Source: an uncultured archaeon (GTDB lineage Archaea > Thermoproteota > Nitrososphaeria > Nitrososphaerales > Gagatemarchaeaceae). Taken from it: a stretch of DNA of 64,000 nt. Made by a program: the position numbers and the translations under genes. The notes under the pieces are model-generated. The model ran no database searches. It was not told the origin of the DNA and worked only from the letters and a program-made list of their open reading frames with translations. The stretch is taken from assembly GCA_963817525.1 (NCBI GenBank), contig CAWFOU010000001.1:128001-192000 (forward strand), given 5' to 3'. Numbering within the stretch: position 1 is the stretch's first letter; each line of letters starts with the position of its first letter. Below, one piece after another: positions 37,557-45,402 of the stretch.

Positions 37557-37964
37557 CTATCGCTCAGAGGCTCCTGGCATAGGAGCGTATCTCTTCCAGA
37601 TGAACTCGGGAGTGAAGCTCAGACCCAAAATGGCCAAGAAAGCAATCCAAAACAGGCTCCAGCTGAATGAAATCACAGAAAGGACGTTAAGCAGGCCAAA
37701 AACACTGAGAATGGGAAAGGCGATTCCGTCAACCATGCAGTGTACCCTGCCGCATGACCTTCCGTTGACGAAACAGCCAATTCCGACCCAGGCAACCGAA
37801 GCAGTCCAGAGGAGTCCCTCGAAGCTGGCCGACAGCAAGGACGCTTGGTACGCATAGGTGGCGAAGACGGCCAGCGCGGCAGGCACTCCCCAAAGGGCGT
37901 AACACCAAGGAGGACTTTCATAGTCTCTTCCGCGCCTTGAATCTAACGGAACGCTGAGAGTCAC
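37557..37964 (-). CDS. Small 4-TM membrane protein with a GCFVNGRSCGRVHC motif (possible metal binding)
   Basis: Hydrophobic helices; Cys/His-rich loop; sole cargo of the distal cassette. Confidence 0.65.
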   Translation of the reverse strand: MTLSVPLDSRRGRDYESPPWCYALWGVPAALAVFATYAYQASLLSASFEGLLWTASVAWVGIGCFVNGRSCGRVHCMVDGIAFPILSVFGLLNVLSVISFSWSLFWIAFLAILGLSFTPEFIWKRYAPMPGASER

Positions 37965-38090
37965 GGTCGTCGGGCATTAGTGGAGACCCCGCCCTTTCAT
38001 CTTTTCGTTATAGCCGAGTGCAGGTTGGTGGAGACTTTCAGGGGAATCGATTTCACAAAACCAATTCCTTCCGATCCAAGACATCAGTTC

Positions 38091-38180
38091 AGGTTCTAAT
38101 CCCAACGGGTTGTGCAAATCTCGGACTGTCTCATGTGAAAGGTGTGCGGGGGGTGAGCATCGCACTTTAGGTTCAAATCG
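38091..38180. repeat. Cassette boundary repeat B
   Basis: 38091-38155 matches 39231-39295 at 55/65 ungapped; 38145-38179 matches 39207-39241 at 30/35. Confidence 0.92.
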
Positions 38181-38342
38181 GCAACAACCAGCGCACGGCA
38201 TTGACAAGTCCAGGAGGACGAAGGCATATTTCCTGTCCTGCGTTGTGTGGAGGCAAGCCCATAACGGCTATTCAAGATAATTCTGCTTAGCTCGGACAAA
38301 AGTATATGATGAGCAGAATGCTCTGACATCTAACTTACGTAT

Positions 38343-39050
38343 CTATTTCGCGGGTTCGGCCGGCGTCGACTTGGTCCGAAGTATAACTCTCCCAGCGCCG
38401 AACCCCCACACCCCGATGAGAGGAATGAGTACGAGGTCGGAGGGTATCAGGTTCATCAAAGTTGCAAGAAGGCCACATACTCCGCCGATGAGCAGAACAT
38501 ATGAGAGCCACTTGGGGAACATCTCATCCTTCCAAATCACCCAGGCGAACAGAAGCAGGCCAATTCCGACAAGGAGACCAGCCAATACTGGGAGGAAGCT
38601 CGTGAACCCGACCATGACCGCGGCGAGATACGTGGCGTAGGTAGCGGATGTGGCTGTCGCTGGAGCTTGCGATATCGCAAAAAAGCCTCCGACTTCCAGG
38701 TCAAGGGCAATCGCAAATGTGAGTATGCCAGTGGCCACGAGAAGAGCTGCGGCAGAGGAGACGCTCGGCGACCTCTTCCGCACGACACCCGAGAACCCTC
38801 CCGCGAACGCAATGACAAATGTACAAAACAGAGTTTCTGCCAATGCATAAAATGCGAAGGCGTCGTGGTTGGTGTTGAACGACGAGAGGGCATTCTCCGG
38901 CGTGGGCTGTGGCGTCAGAGCGACGAGAACAAAAAACGAGACTAAATCGACGATAGTGAACACACCGAGAAGGATGCCGATGATTCCAGTTATTCGACCC
39001 CCCTTGTCTTGCGAGGAATCCGTATCCAAACAGCTCGGGCGCATACTCAT
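38343..39050 (-). CDS. DUF4386-like multi-TM membrane protein
   Basis: About 6 TMs and an FPKWL...G pattern; has its own TATA-like box at ~39062-39070; likely start TTG 39029. Confidence 0.7.
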   Translation of the reverse strand: MSMRPSCLDTDSSQDKGGRITGIIGILLGVFTIVDLVSFFVLVALTPQPTPENALSSFNTNHDAFAFYALAETLFCTFVIAFAGGFSGVVRKRSPSVSSAAALLVATGILTFAIALDLEVGGFFAISQAPATATSATYATYLAAVMVGFTSFLPVLAGLLVGIGLLLFAWVIWKDEMFPKWLSYVLLIGGVCGLLATLMNLIPSDLVLIPLIGVWGFGAGRVILRTKSTPAEPAK

Positions 39051-39206
39051 GAGGCACGCGAATAGTTAAGCGTTCCAGGCGAGTCCATCTTGGTTTGCCA
39101 GTTCAGTTTGGCAAAGATGAGGGCCTGCGTCCGCCGGATTTTCGGATATGCTCTTAGTTGATATCCTAACCGAGAACCTCCCGAGTGATACCTTACAGGA
39201 CAAAAA

Positions 39207-39295
39207 TGCGGGAGTTGCGCACCGCACCTTAGGTTCAAATCCCAACGGGTTGTGCCGATTTCTGACCGTCTCATGTGATTAGTATGCGGGGGGTG
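39207..39295. repeat. Cassette boundary repeat C: 78-bp cargo-less unit abutting the tRNA 3' end
   Basis: Contains both arm motifs seen at A and B, joined at AGGTTCAAATC. Confidence 0.88.
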
Positions 39296-39369
39296 GGATT
39301 CGAACCCACGAACCCCTAAGGGATGGGGTCCTAAGCCCCACGCCGTTGACCAGGCTTGGCGACCCCCGC
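39285..39369 (-). tRNA. tRNA-Leu(TAG), no encoded CCA
   Basis: GCGGGGG/CCCCCGC-A acceptor stem, D-loop CCTGG, anticodon arm TGGGG-CTTAGGA-CCCCA, long variable arm and GGTTCGAATCC T-arm; upstream BRE/TATA at ~39397-39410. Confidence 0.97.
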
Positions 39370-39637
39370 GTTGACGCGTCTCGCGCCAAACCTCGATTTT
39401 AACAGTTTTCCTTCAATAACGCCGGTTTCGTTCCCAAGGACCGCACCTGGACATCCTGATCGAGCGCGGAGCTTCACGGGCGCCTCTCCGCTGCGTACGG
39501 GGCGCGGAGAACCTCTCCAGGGTTGCCTTCCTGGGTGGTATTACCTCCGATTAGTGGAAGATGCTCCTAGGTAGACGGGCTATGGAAAAAGCTTTCATGG
39601 CTCTTTATAAGAGAAATCCTACTACTACTTCACTACC

Positions 39638-40981
39638 GTGAAGAGTTCTATCCGTAGGGGCAAGGGGGTATTTGTCGCAGCGACGATTGCCATCCTCGTG
39701 CTAGGGTTTCTGCCGACGGCCATCCGCCCTGCCTCGGCGGCCGCGCCCGCGTCGATGGGCCTGATCGTCCCGCTCTACGCCTACCCGACCAACCCGAGCT
39801 GGAGCGCCCTCATCCAGGCTAAGGAGGCCTATCCAAACGTGCCGATCATCGCGGTCGTGAACCCAGACTCCGGCCCCGGAAGCTCCGCAGACCCCAACTA
39901 CGTCGCGGGGATAGCCAGCCTGAAAGATGCAGGGATAACCGTCGTGGGATACATTGCCACGGACTACGCTTCCGTAAGCCTGAGCACCGTCGAGGCTTCA
40001 ATTTCCGACTACAAGAGCTGGTATAACGTCAACGGGGTATTCTTCGACGAGATGTCCAACAGCCAGGCGGAGTCCGGTTACTACTCCAGCGCAACGGACT
40101 ACGCCGACTCGATCGGGCTCGCCCTGACCGTCGGAAACCCGGGGACCAGCGTCCCCTCGGACTACGTCTATACTGTGAACATCATCGTCGTCTACGAGAG
40201 TCCCGGCGACCCAAGCACGTCGACCATCGCCAGCTCTGCCATGGGATACCCGAGCAGCAACTTCGCAGCGATGACCTACGATGTCAGCCTGCCAACCCAA
40301 TCCTATCTCCAGGACTTGGCCCCATACTTGGGGTATGTGTACTTCACCGACGGCCAAGCACCCAACCCCTATCCGGGTATAGTCGCAAGCTACCTAGACG
40401 ACCTCACGGCGATGCTGTCGTCCATGGGCGGCGGCTCTGGCACCCTGACAGTCCAGTCGGCCAACCTCAGCGGCGTCGCGATAACCGGCCTGTACACCGT
40501 CGTTTCGTCAACCAGCGGCGAAGTGCTGCAGACCGGATTCACGCCGCTTACGTTCTCTGGGGTCGTAGGCGACCAGTACGTCGTCTCTGTCTCAAACTAC
40601 GGCAGCGACGTCTTCAGCGACTGGAGCAGCGGTAGCACGAGCGCCGTGCAGACGGTGACCCTTGGAGATTCGACCGTCGAGACAGCCTACTACTCGACAG
40701 GCTCCACGCCCTCTACCTATCCCATCGACGTGAACTCATACAGCCTGAGCGGCAGCACCATAACGGGGCTTTGGGTCGTGGTGGAATCCTCAAGCGGAGC
40801 GGTCGTGGCGACTGGCTTCACCCCATTCTCCTACACGGGAACAGCGGGTTCGACGTACTCGGTCTCCGCCGGGAGCTACGGAAGCGACGTTTTCAGCGAC
40901 TGGTCGAGCGGGTCGACGGATCCCGTCTACACCTTTACGCTGTCCCAGGCGACCACTCTCGACGCCTACTACAACACCTAG
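39638..40981 (+). CDS. Secreted spherulin-4 (GH135-like) protein with two C-terminal ~90-aa repeats
   Basis: Signal peptide; motifs VPLYAYP, VNPDSGPG, GY..T.Y, GVFFDE, GNPG and YE; duplicated ITGL..VV.S.SG.V..TGFTP...YGSDVFSDWSSGST. Confidence 0.85.
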   Translation: MKSSIRRGKGVFVAATIAILVLGFLPTAIRPASAAAPASMGLIVPLYAYPTNPSWSALIQAKEAYPNVPIIAVVNPDSGPGSSADPNYVAGIASLKDAGITVVGYIATDYASVSLSTVEASISDYKSWYNVNGVFFDEMSNSQAESGYYSSATDYADSIGLALTVGNPGTSVPSDYVYTVNIIVVYESPGDPSTSTIASSAMGYPSSNFAAMTYDVSLPTQSYLQDLAPYLGYVYFTDGQAPNPYPGIVASYLDDLTAMLSSMGGGSGTLTVQSANLSGVAITGLYTVVSSTSGEVLQTGFTPLTFSGVVGDQYVVSVSNYGSDVFSDWSSGSTSAVQTVTLGDSTVETAYYSTGSTPSTYPIDVNSYSLSGSTITGLWVVVESSSGAVVATGFTPFSYTGTAGSTYSVSAGSYGSDVFSDWSSGSTDPVYTFTLSQATTLDAYYNT

Positions 40982-41037
40982 GCGACCTCCCCGACTCCTG
41001 AAGGGATAATAACGCGAGCTAGTCCTCGGGTCGCAGA

Positions 41038-42012
41038 GTGAGCCTGGCAGAGAACGTCATCGGTGCGATTGGGAACACGCCCCTCGTCAGACTCCAAAGG
41101 CTCCCGACGAGACCTTCACCGAAGATCTTCGCAAAGCTGGAGTTCATGAACCCCGGAGGCTCCGTCAAGGACAGGATCGCCGCCTACCTGGTCGCTGACG
41201 CAGAGAGGCGCCACCTCCTGAAGAAAGGAGGGACCATCATCGAGCCGACCTCCGGAAACACAGGCGTCGGTCTCGCGATGCTAGCCGCCGTCCGCGGCTA
41301 CAAGACCATCTTCACGATGCCGGACAAGGTCAGCGAGGAGAAGAGGGCGCTCCTCCGGGCCTTCGGCGCCGAGGTCGTCATCGCGCCGACCGACCTCTCC
41401 CCGAGCTCGCCGGAACACTACGTCAACGTCGCGAAGAGGCTCGCCAAGGAGACGCCGGACTCCTTCATGCCTAACCAGTACGTGAACAAGGCCAATCCGA
41501 AGGCTCACTTCGCCACCACCGGCCCCGAGATATGGCGCCAGACCAAGGGCAGGGTGGACGCCTTCGTCGCCGGGGTCGGGACGGGCGGGACGATCTCGGG
41601 AGCGGGAGGGTTCCTGAAGCGAAAGAAGAGGTCGCTGCTCGTCGTCGGAGTCGAGCCCGAGGGGTCCATCTTCGGCAACCTCAAGCACGGCACGAACGAC
41701 CCGCTGCACCCCTACCTCGTGGAGGGCATCGGGGAGGACTTTGTGCCCGAGACCTACGACCGGAAAGTCGCGGACGACATCATCAGGGTGAGCGACGCGG
41801 ACAGCATCGCGATGGCCCGGCGGCTAGCCGTGGAGGAAGGGATACTCGCCGGGGGATCTTCGGGGACCGCGGTCGTGGGTGCGCTGGAGCTGGCAAAGAG
41901 GAGGCCGCGCCTGAAGCTCATCGTGGCGATCATCCCGGACTCTGGGAGGAGCTACCTGAGCAAGATGTACAACCCGGCATGGCTCAAGGAAATGGGCCTC
42001 CGGCAAGATTAA
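41038..42012 (+). CDS. Cystathionine beta-synthase / cysteine synthase family PLP enzyme
   Basis: Motifs KLEFMNPGGSVKDR, EPTSGNTG, GTGGT, VEGIG and PDSG..YLSK; paired with CGL. Confidence 0.92.
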   Translation: MSLAENVIGAIGNTPLVRLQRLPTRPSPKIFAKLEFMNPGGSVKDRIAAYLVADAERRHLLKKGGTIIEPTSGNTGVGLAMLAAVRGYKTIFTMPDKVSEEKRALLRAFGAEVVIAPTDLSPSSPEHYVNVAKRLAKETPDSFMPNQYVNKANPKAHFATTGPEIWRQTKGRVDAFVAGVGTGGTISGAGGFLKRKKRSLLVVGVEPEGSIFGNLKHGTNDPLHPYLVEGIGEDFVPETYDRKVADDIIRVSDADSIAMARRLAVEEGILAGGSSGTAVVGALELAKRRPRLKLIVAIIPDSGRSYLSKMYNPAWLKEMGLRQD

Positions 42013-42037
42013 AGTCTCGCAGCTCGGCGCCTGACCC

Positions 42038-43195
42038 ATGCGCTTCGACACGCGAGCCGTCCACGTGGGCAACGAGCCAGACGAGCTGACTGGAGCGGTC
42101 ACCCCTCCCATCTACACCTCTTCGACCTTCGCCCAGGCGGGGATAGGGAGGACCAAGGGGTACGAATACTCGCGGTCGGGCAACCCGACCAGGGCCAGGC
42201 TCGAGAGGGCCGTCGCCGACCTCGAAGGAGGGAAATTCGGGTTAGCCTTCGCCTCGGGCCTCGCCGCGGAGACCGCCGTGGCGGGGTTGCTGGGGAAGGG
42301 CGACCACGTCGTCATCTGCAACGACGTCTACGGCGGGACCTTCAGGCTCTTCGACCAGGTCTTCAGGAACTTCGGCGTCACCTTCGACACGGTAGACGCA
42401 AGGGACCCCTCGAACCTAGAGGCGGCGATAAAGCCGAGCACCAAGATGGTCTGGATGGAGTCCCCCACCAACCCGCTCATGCTCATCCTCGACATCAGGG
42501 AGGTGGCCAAGGTCGCGAAGGCGCGCGGAGTGACCCTGACGGTCGACAACACCTTCGCCTCGCCCTGCCTCCAAAACCCGCTCAAGCTGGGCGCGACCGT
42601 CGTCGTCCACAGCACAACCAAGTACATCGGGGGGCACAGCGACCTCGTCGGAGGCGCCGTCGCTACGTCCGATCAGGCGGTATACGAGCGGCTCAAGTTC
42701 CTGCAGAACGCGACTGGGTCGGTCCCAGGCCCCTTCGACTGCTACCTCGCCCTCAGAGGGCTCAGGACAATCCACCTCAGGATGGAGAGGCACTCGAAGA
42801 ACGCCGCGGCCGTCGCGGAGGCCCTCTCCTCGGAGTCGGGACGAGTCAAGGAGGTCTACTATCCCTTCCTCAAGGGGTCCGCCTCATACGATTTGGCGAG
42901 GAGGCAGATGTCCTCTGGCGGGGGGATGATAGCCTTCCGGATCAAGGGCGGATACCCCGCGGCCTCGAAGTTCCTAGAGTCGCTGAAGATCTTCACCCTG
43001 GGGGAGAGCCTTGGCGGGGTCGAATCGCTCGCGGAGCATCCTTCCAGGATGACCCACGCCTCCATCCCCACCGAGGGGAGGAATAGGCTGGGGATAACCG
43101 ACGACCTGATACGCCTCTCCGTGGGAATCGAGGACACGCAGGACCTAGTCGAAGACGTGAAAGGGGCCCTCAAGGCAGCGCTCCCCCGCCCCTAG
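42038..43195 (+). CDS. Cystathionine gamma-lyase/synthase
   Basis: Motifs YSRSGNPT, ESPTNP, DNTF, HSTTKYIGGHSD and ESLGGVESL. Confidence 0.93.
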   Translation: MRFDTRAVHVGNEPDELTGAVTPPIYTSSTFAQAGIGRTKGYEYSRSGNPTRARLERAVADLEGGKFGLAFASGLAAETAVAGLLGKGDHVVICNDVYGGTFRLFDQVFRNFGVTFDTVDARDPSNLEAAIKPSTKMVWMESPTNPLMLILDIREVAKVAKARGVTLTVDNTFASPCLQNPLKLGATVVVHSTTKYIGGHSDLVGGAVATSDQAVYERLKFLQNATGSVPGPFDCYLALRGLRTIHLRMERHSKNAAAVAEALSSESGRVKEVYYPFLKGSASYDLARRQMSSGGGMIAFRIKGGYPAASKFLESLKIFTLGESLGGVESLAEHPSRMTHASIPTEGRNRLGITDDLIRLSVGIEDTQDLVEDVKGALKAALPRP

Positions 43196-43227
43196 TCAGT
43201 CAGGCCGGGAAGCGGCGAAGTTCTGAC

Positions 43228-43351
43228 TTGCAAGAACTGCAAAAAGTGCTACTGCAAGAGTCGATTCTTCTCGGCGACGGTCTAAGACAATCGTCGTATC
43301 TTCCGAGTCAATCGTGGGATTGACTCAGCAACCCTTATAAGACAATCGTCG
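43228..43351 (+). promoter_or_regulatory. Operator-rich promoter: TTGCA-N5-TGCAA box, a 14-bp direct repeat, a 9-bp inverted repeat and a TATA box
   Basis: TTGCAAGAACTGCAA at 43228-43242; TAAGACAATCGTCG at 43283 and 43338; GAGTCAATC-gtgg-GATTGACTC at 43305-43326; CTTATAAG at 43334-43341. Confidence 0.65.
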
Positions 43352-43379
43352 AAGGGCTGAAAAATAACCGTGCAATGAG

Positions 43380-43691
43380 TTGGCTCGATTTCTAGCGTTC
43401 GTAGACATCTTCGTGGAGTCGTCCTTGATGGACGACGTGGTGCAGTCGCTGATCAAGCTGGACAACCTCGAGGAGCTTTACGAGGTCACGGGCGAGTTCG
43501 ACATAGTGACCCTGCTCTCCGCGAAGGACATCGAAGAGTTCAGGGACGTCTTGAAGAACAAGATCATGAAGATCAAGGGAGTCAAGAGCACAGTCAGCTC
43601 GGTCGTCCTGAAGGCCTACAAGGGCCCCAGGTGCGTCGAGGAAGAGATCACGGTCAGCGAGCCCCAGAAAGCAAAGCCATCACGTCAGTAG
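43380..43691 (+). CDS. Stand-alone Lrp/AsnC ligand-binding (RAM) domain protein, no HTH
   Basis: Motifs AFVDI.V, YEVTGEFDI and I.GVKST.S. Confidence 0.85.
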   Translation: MARFLAFVDIFVESSLMDDVVQSLIKLDNLEELYEVTGEFDIVTLLSAKDIEEFRDVLKNKIMKIKGVKSTVSSVVLKAYKGPRCVEEEITVSEPQKAKPSRQ

Positions 43692-43740
43692 GCGGGGCCG
43701 GAGGGCGGTCCCGCCGTGTAGGGGGAAAAGGTGAAAGTGA

Positions 43741-45402
43741 ATGATAAACATACCACAACTAATCACTGTATTTCTTATTCTCGGAGGCACGATGGCCGTA
43801 GCGTGGCTCATCGCTCCCTACATCACAGGCATCTACACGAAGGCCCCCAGCCGCCTCGACCGCTTCCTCGACCCGATTGAGAACGCCATCTACAGGCTGA
43901 CGGGGACCGACCCCGGTCGCGGGATGGGCTGGAAGGAGTACTTCTTCGCCGCCTTGCTTGTCAACGTTGTCCAGATGGCGATAGCCTTCTCCATCCTTAC
44001 CCTACAGGGAATGCTTCCCCTCAACCCCATGAAGTTCGGAGGGATGAGCTGGGACCTCGCGCTCAATACGGTCATCTCTTTTGCGACCAACACCAACCTG
44101 CAGCACTACAACGGCGAGACCACCCTCTCTTACCTGAGCCAGATGGGGGCGATCCAGTTCCTCCAGTTCACCTCGGCCGCCACCGGAATATGCATGGGAG
44201 TCGCGCTAGTGCGCGGGCTCGTCGTCGGCTCAAAGCACATGGGGAACTTCTACGTCGACTTTGTCAGGTCGCTCACGAGGCTGCTGATACCATTCTGCTT
44301 CGTAGCCGCGCTCATCCTCGTCTGGATGGGCGTCCCGCAAACCATCGGCGGATACGTGCCCATAAAGACGCTCCAGGGTGCTACCGGCTCCATCCTTGTG
44401 GGGCCCGTGGCCTCGCTCGTCTCTATCATGCAGCTCGGGACGAACGGCGGGGGATACTACGGTGCGAACTCGGCGTACCCTTTCATGAATCCCAGCCCGC
44501 AATCGGACATCCTCGAGATCTGCCTCATGCTCCTCTTGCCGACCGCGCTCGTCTTCGTCTTTGGTCAGCTCCTTGGCAAGAAGCGAGAGTCGAGACCCGT
44601 GCTCATTGGGGCCTACATGCTCTTCATCATCGACCTCGGCATCGCCTTTAGCGCCACGATACCCCAGCTGGGTCCGGACATGGAGACGAGGTTCGGTGGC
44701 TTCATGTCCGCGTTCTGGACAGTGGTCACTACGGCGGTCACGACGGGGTCGGTAAACTCTGCGCTTGCCGGGATGCACCCACTAGTGATTCTCGGGGGGT
44801 TCATGGGGATGCTGATCCAAGCGACCCCGGGTGGAAAGGGAGTGGGCCTGGCCTACATGATCATGTACATCATCATAACTGTCTTCATAGTGGGCCTGAT
44901 GTCGGGAAGGACTCCCGAGTACCTCGGCATTAAGATCACCTCCCGCGACGTGAAGATAGTCCTTGTCGCTTTCCTGATTCACCCGATAATAATCCTCATC
45001 CCTACTATCCTCGCTTACGCCTCCGGCGCCGCTGGGGCCATCGGACTGACCGGAAACCCAATAGGGTTCACGCAGGTGCTCTATGAGTTCACCTCCGCAG
45101 CCGCGAACAACGGCTCCGACTTCCTGGGTGCATCCGGGAATACGCTCTTCTTCAACCTCTCGACGGCGGCCGTCATCTTCATCGGGCGCTACGCCCCCAT
45201 TGGGCTGATGCTAGCGCTAGCGGGTTCGATGATAGGCAGGAAGAGGAGCGTCACGGCTGGAGGCCTGAAGACCGAGAGCCTCACCTTCTCCCTGGTTCTC
45301 GTGGGGAGCATCCTCATCCTCGTCGTGCTGACATTCCTGCCATTCTTGGCGCTCGGGCCGATTCTGTCTTACTTCCAGGGGAACGTGAATGGGCTTGGGT
45401 AG
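43741..45402 (+). CDS. kdpA: K+-transporting ATPase subunit A
   Basis: Motifs SFATNTNLQHY.GE, LGTNGGG, GRTPEYLG and SAAANNGS. Confidence 0.96.
   Translation: MINIPQLITVFLILGGTMAVAWLIAPYITGIYTKAPSRLDRFLDPIENAIYRLTGTDPGRGMGWKEYFFAALLVNVVQMAIAFSILTLQGMLPLNPMKFGGMSWDLALNTVISFATNTNLQHYNGETTLSYLSQMGAIQFLQFTSAATGICMGVALVRGLVVGSKHMGNFYVDFVRSLTRLLIPFCFVAALILVWMGVPQTIGGYVPIKTLQGATGSILVGPVASLVSIMQLGTNGGGYYGANSAYPFMNPSPQSDILEICLMLLLPTALVFVFGQLLGKKRESRPVLIGAYMLFIIDLGIAFSATIPQLGPDMETRFGGFMSAFWTVVTTAVTTGSVNSALAGMHPLVILGGFMGMLIQATPGGKGVGLAYMIMYIIITVFIVGLMSGRTPEYLGIKITSRDVKIVLVAFLIHPIIILIPTILAYASGAAGAIGLTGNPIGFTQVLYEFTSAAANNGSDFLGASGNTLFFNLSTAAVIFIGRYAPIGLMLALAGSMIGRKRSVTAGGLKTESLTFSLVLVGSILILVVLTFLPFLALGPILSYFQGNVNGLG

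Larger units (their letters stand above)
37475..39295. mobile_element. Tandem mini-island/cassette array at the tRNA-Leu 3' end, no integrase in the window
   Basis: tRNA 3'-end copies (TGCGGGGGGTG) at 37475, 38145 and 39207 (degenerate) besides the tRNA's own at 39285; conserved flanking arms; lower-GC single-gene cargo. Confidence 0.65.

Noticed and set aside
38152-38179. Resemblance of GGTGAGCAT-CGCACT-TTAGGTTCAAAT to a bacterial dif (XerC/D) site
   Set aside because: Lacks the inner TAA/TTA dyad and the 11-6-11 geometry; the similarity is better explained by tRNA-derived words, so no dif site is called
33881-39074. Identical 13-mer ATAGTTAAGCGTT at 33881 and 39062
   Set aside because: Reads as a BRE/TATA promoter word on the minus strand; two copies are not enough to claim a regulon or an element boundary
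38096-39274. Short ORFs sharing the peptide SEI.TTRWD / DLNL.C as split SSV-type integrase fragments
   Set aside because: The shared peptide only reflects the DNA repeat; no tyrosine-recombinase R-HxxR-Y motifs are visible
37475-39295. Repeats as a CRISPR array
   Set aside because: Only 3-4 copies, spaced 0.07-1.1 kb apart and enclosing whole genes; they overlap a tRNA end; no cas genes in the window
43193-43285. Pyrrolysine/amber read-through adding a Cys-rich tail to cystathionine gamma-lyase
   Set aside because: The enzyme is already full length, there are no pyl genes in the window, and TAG is a common stop here
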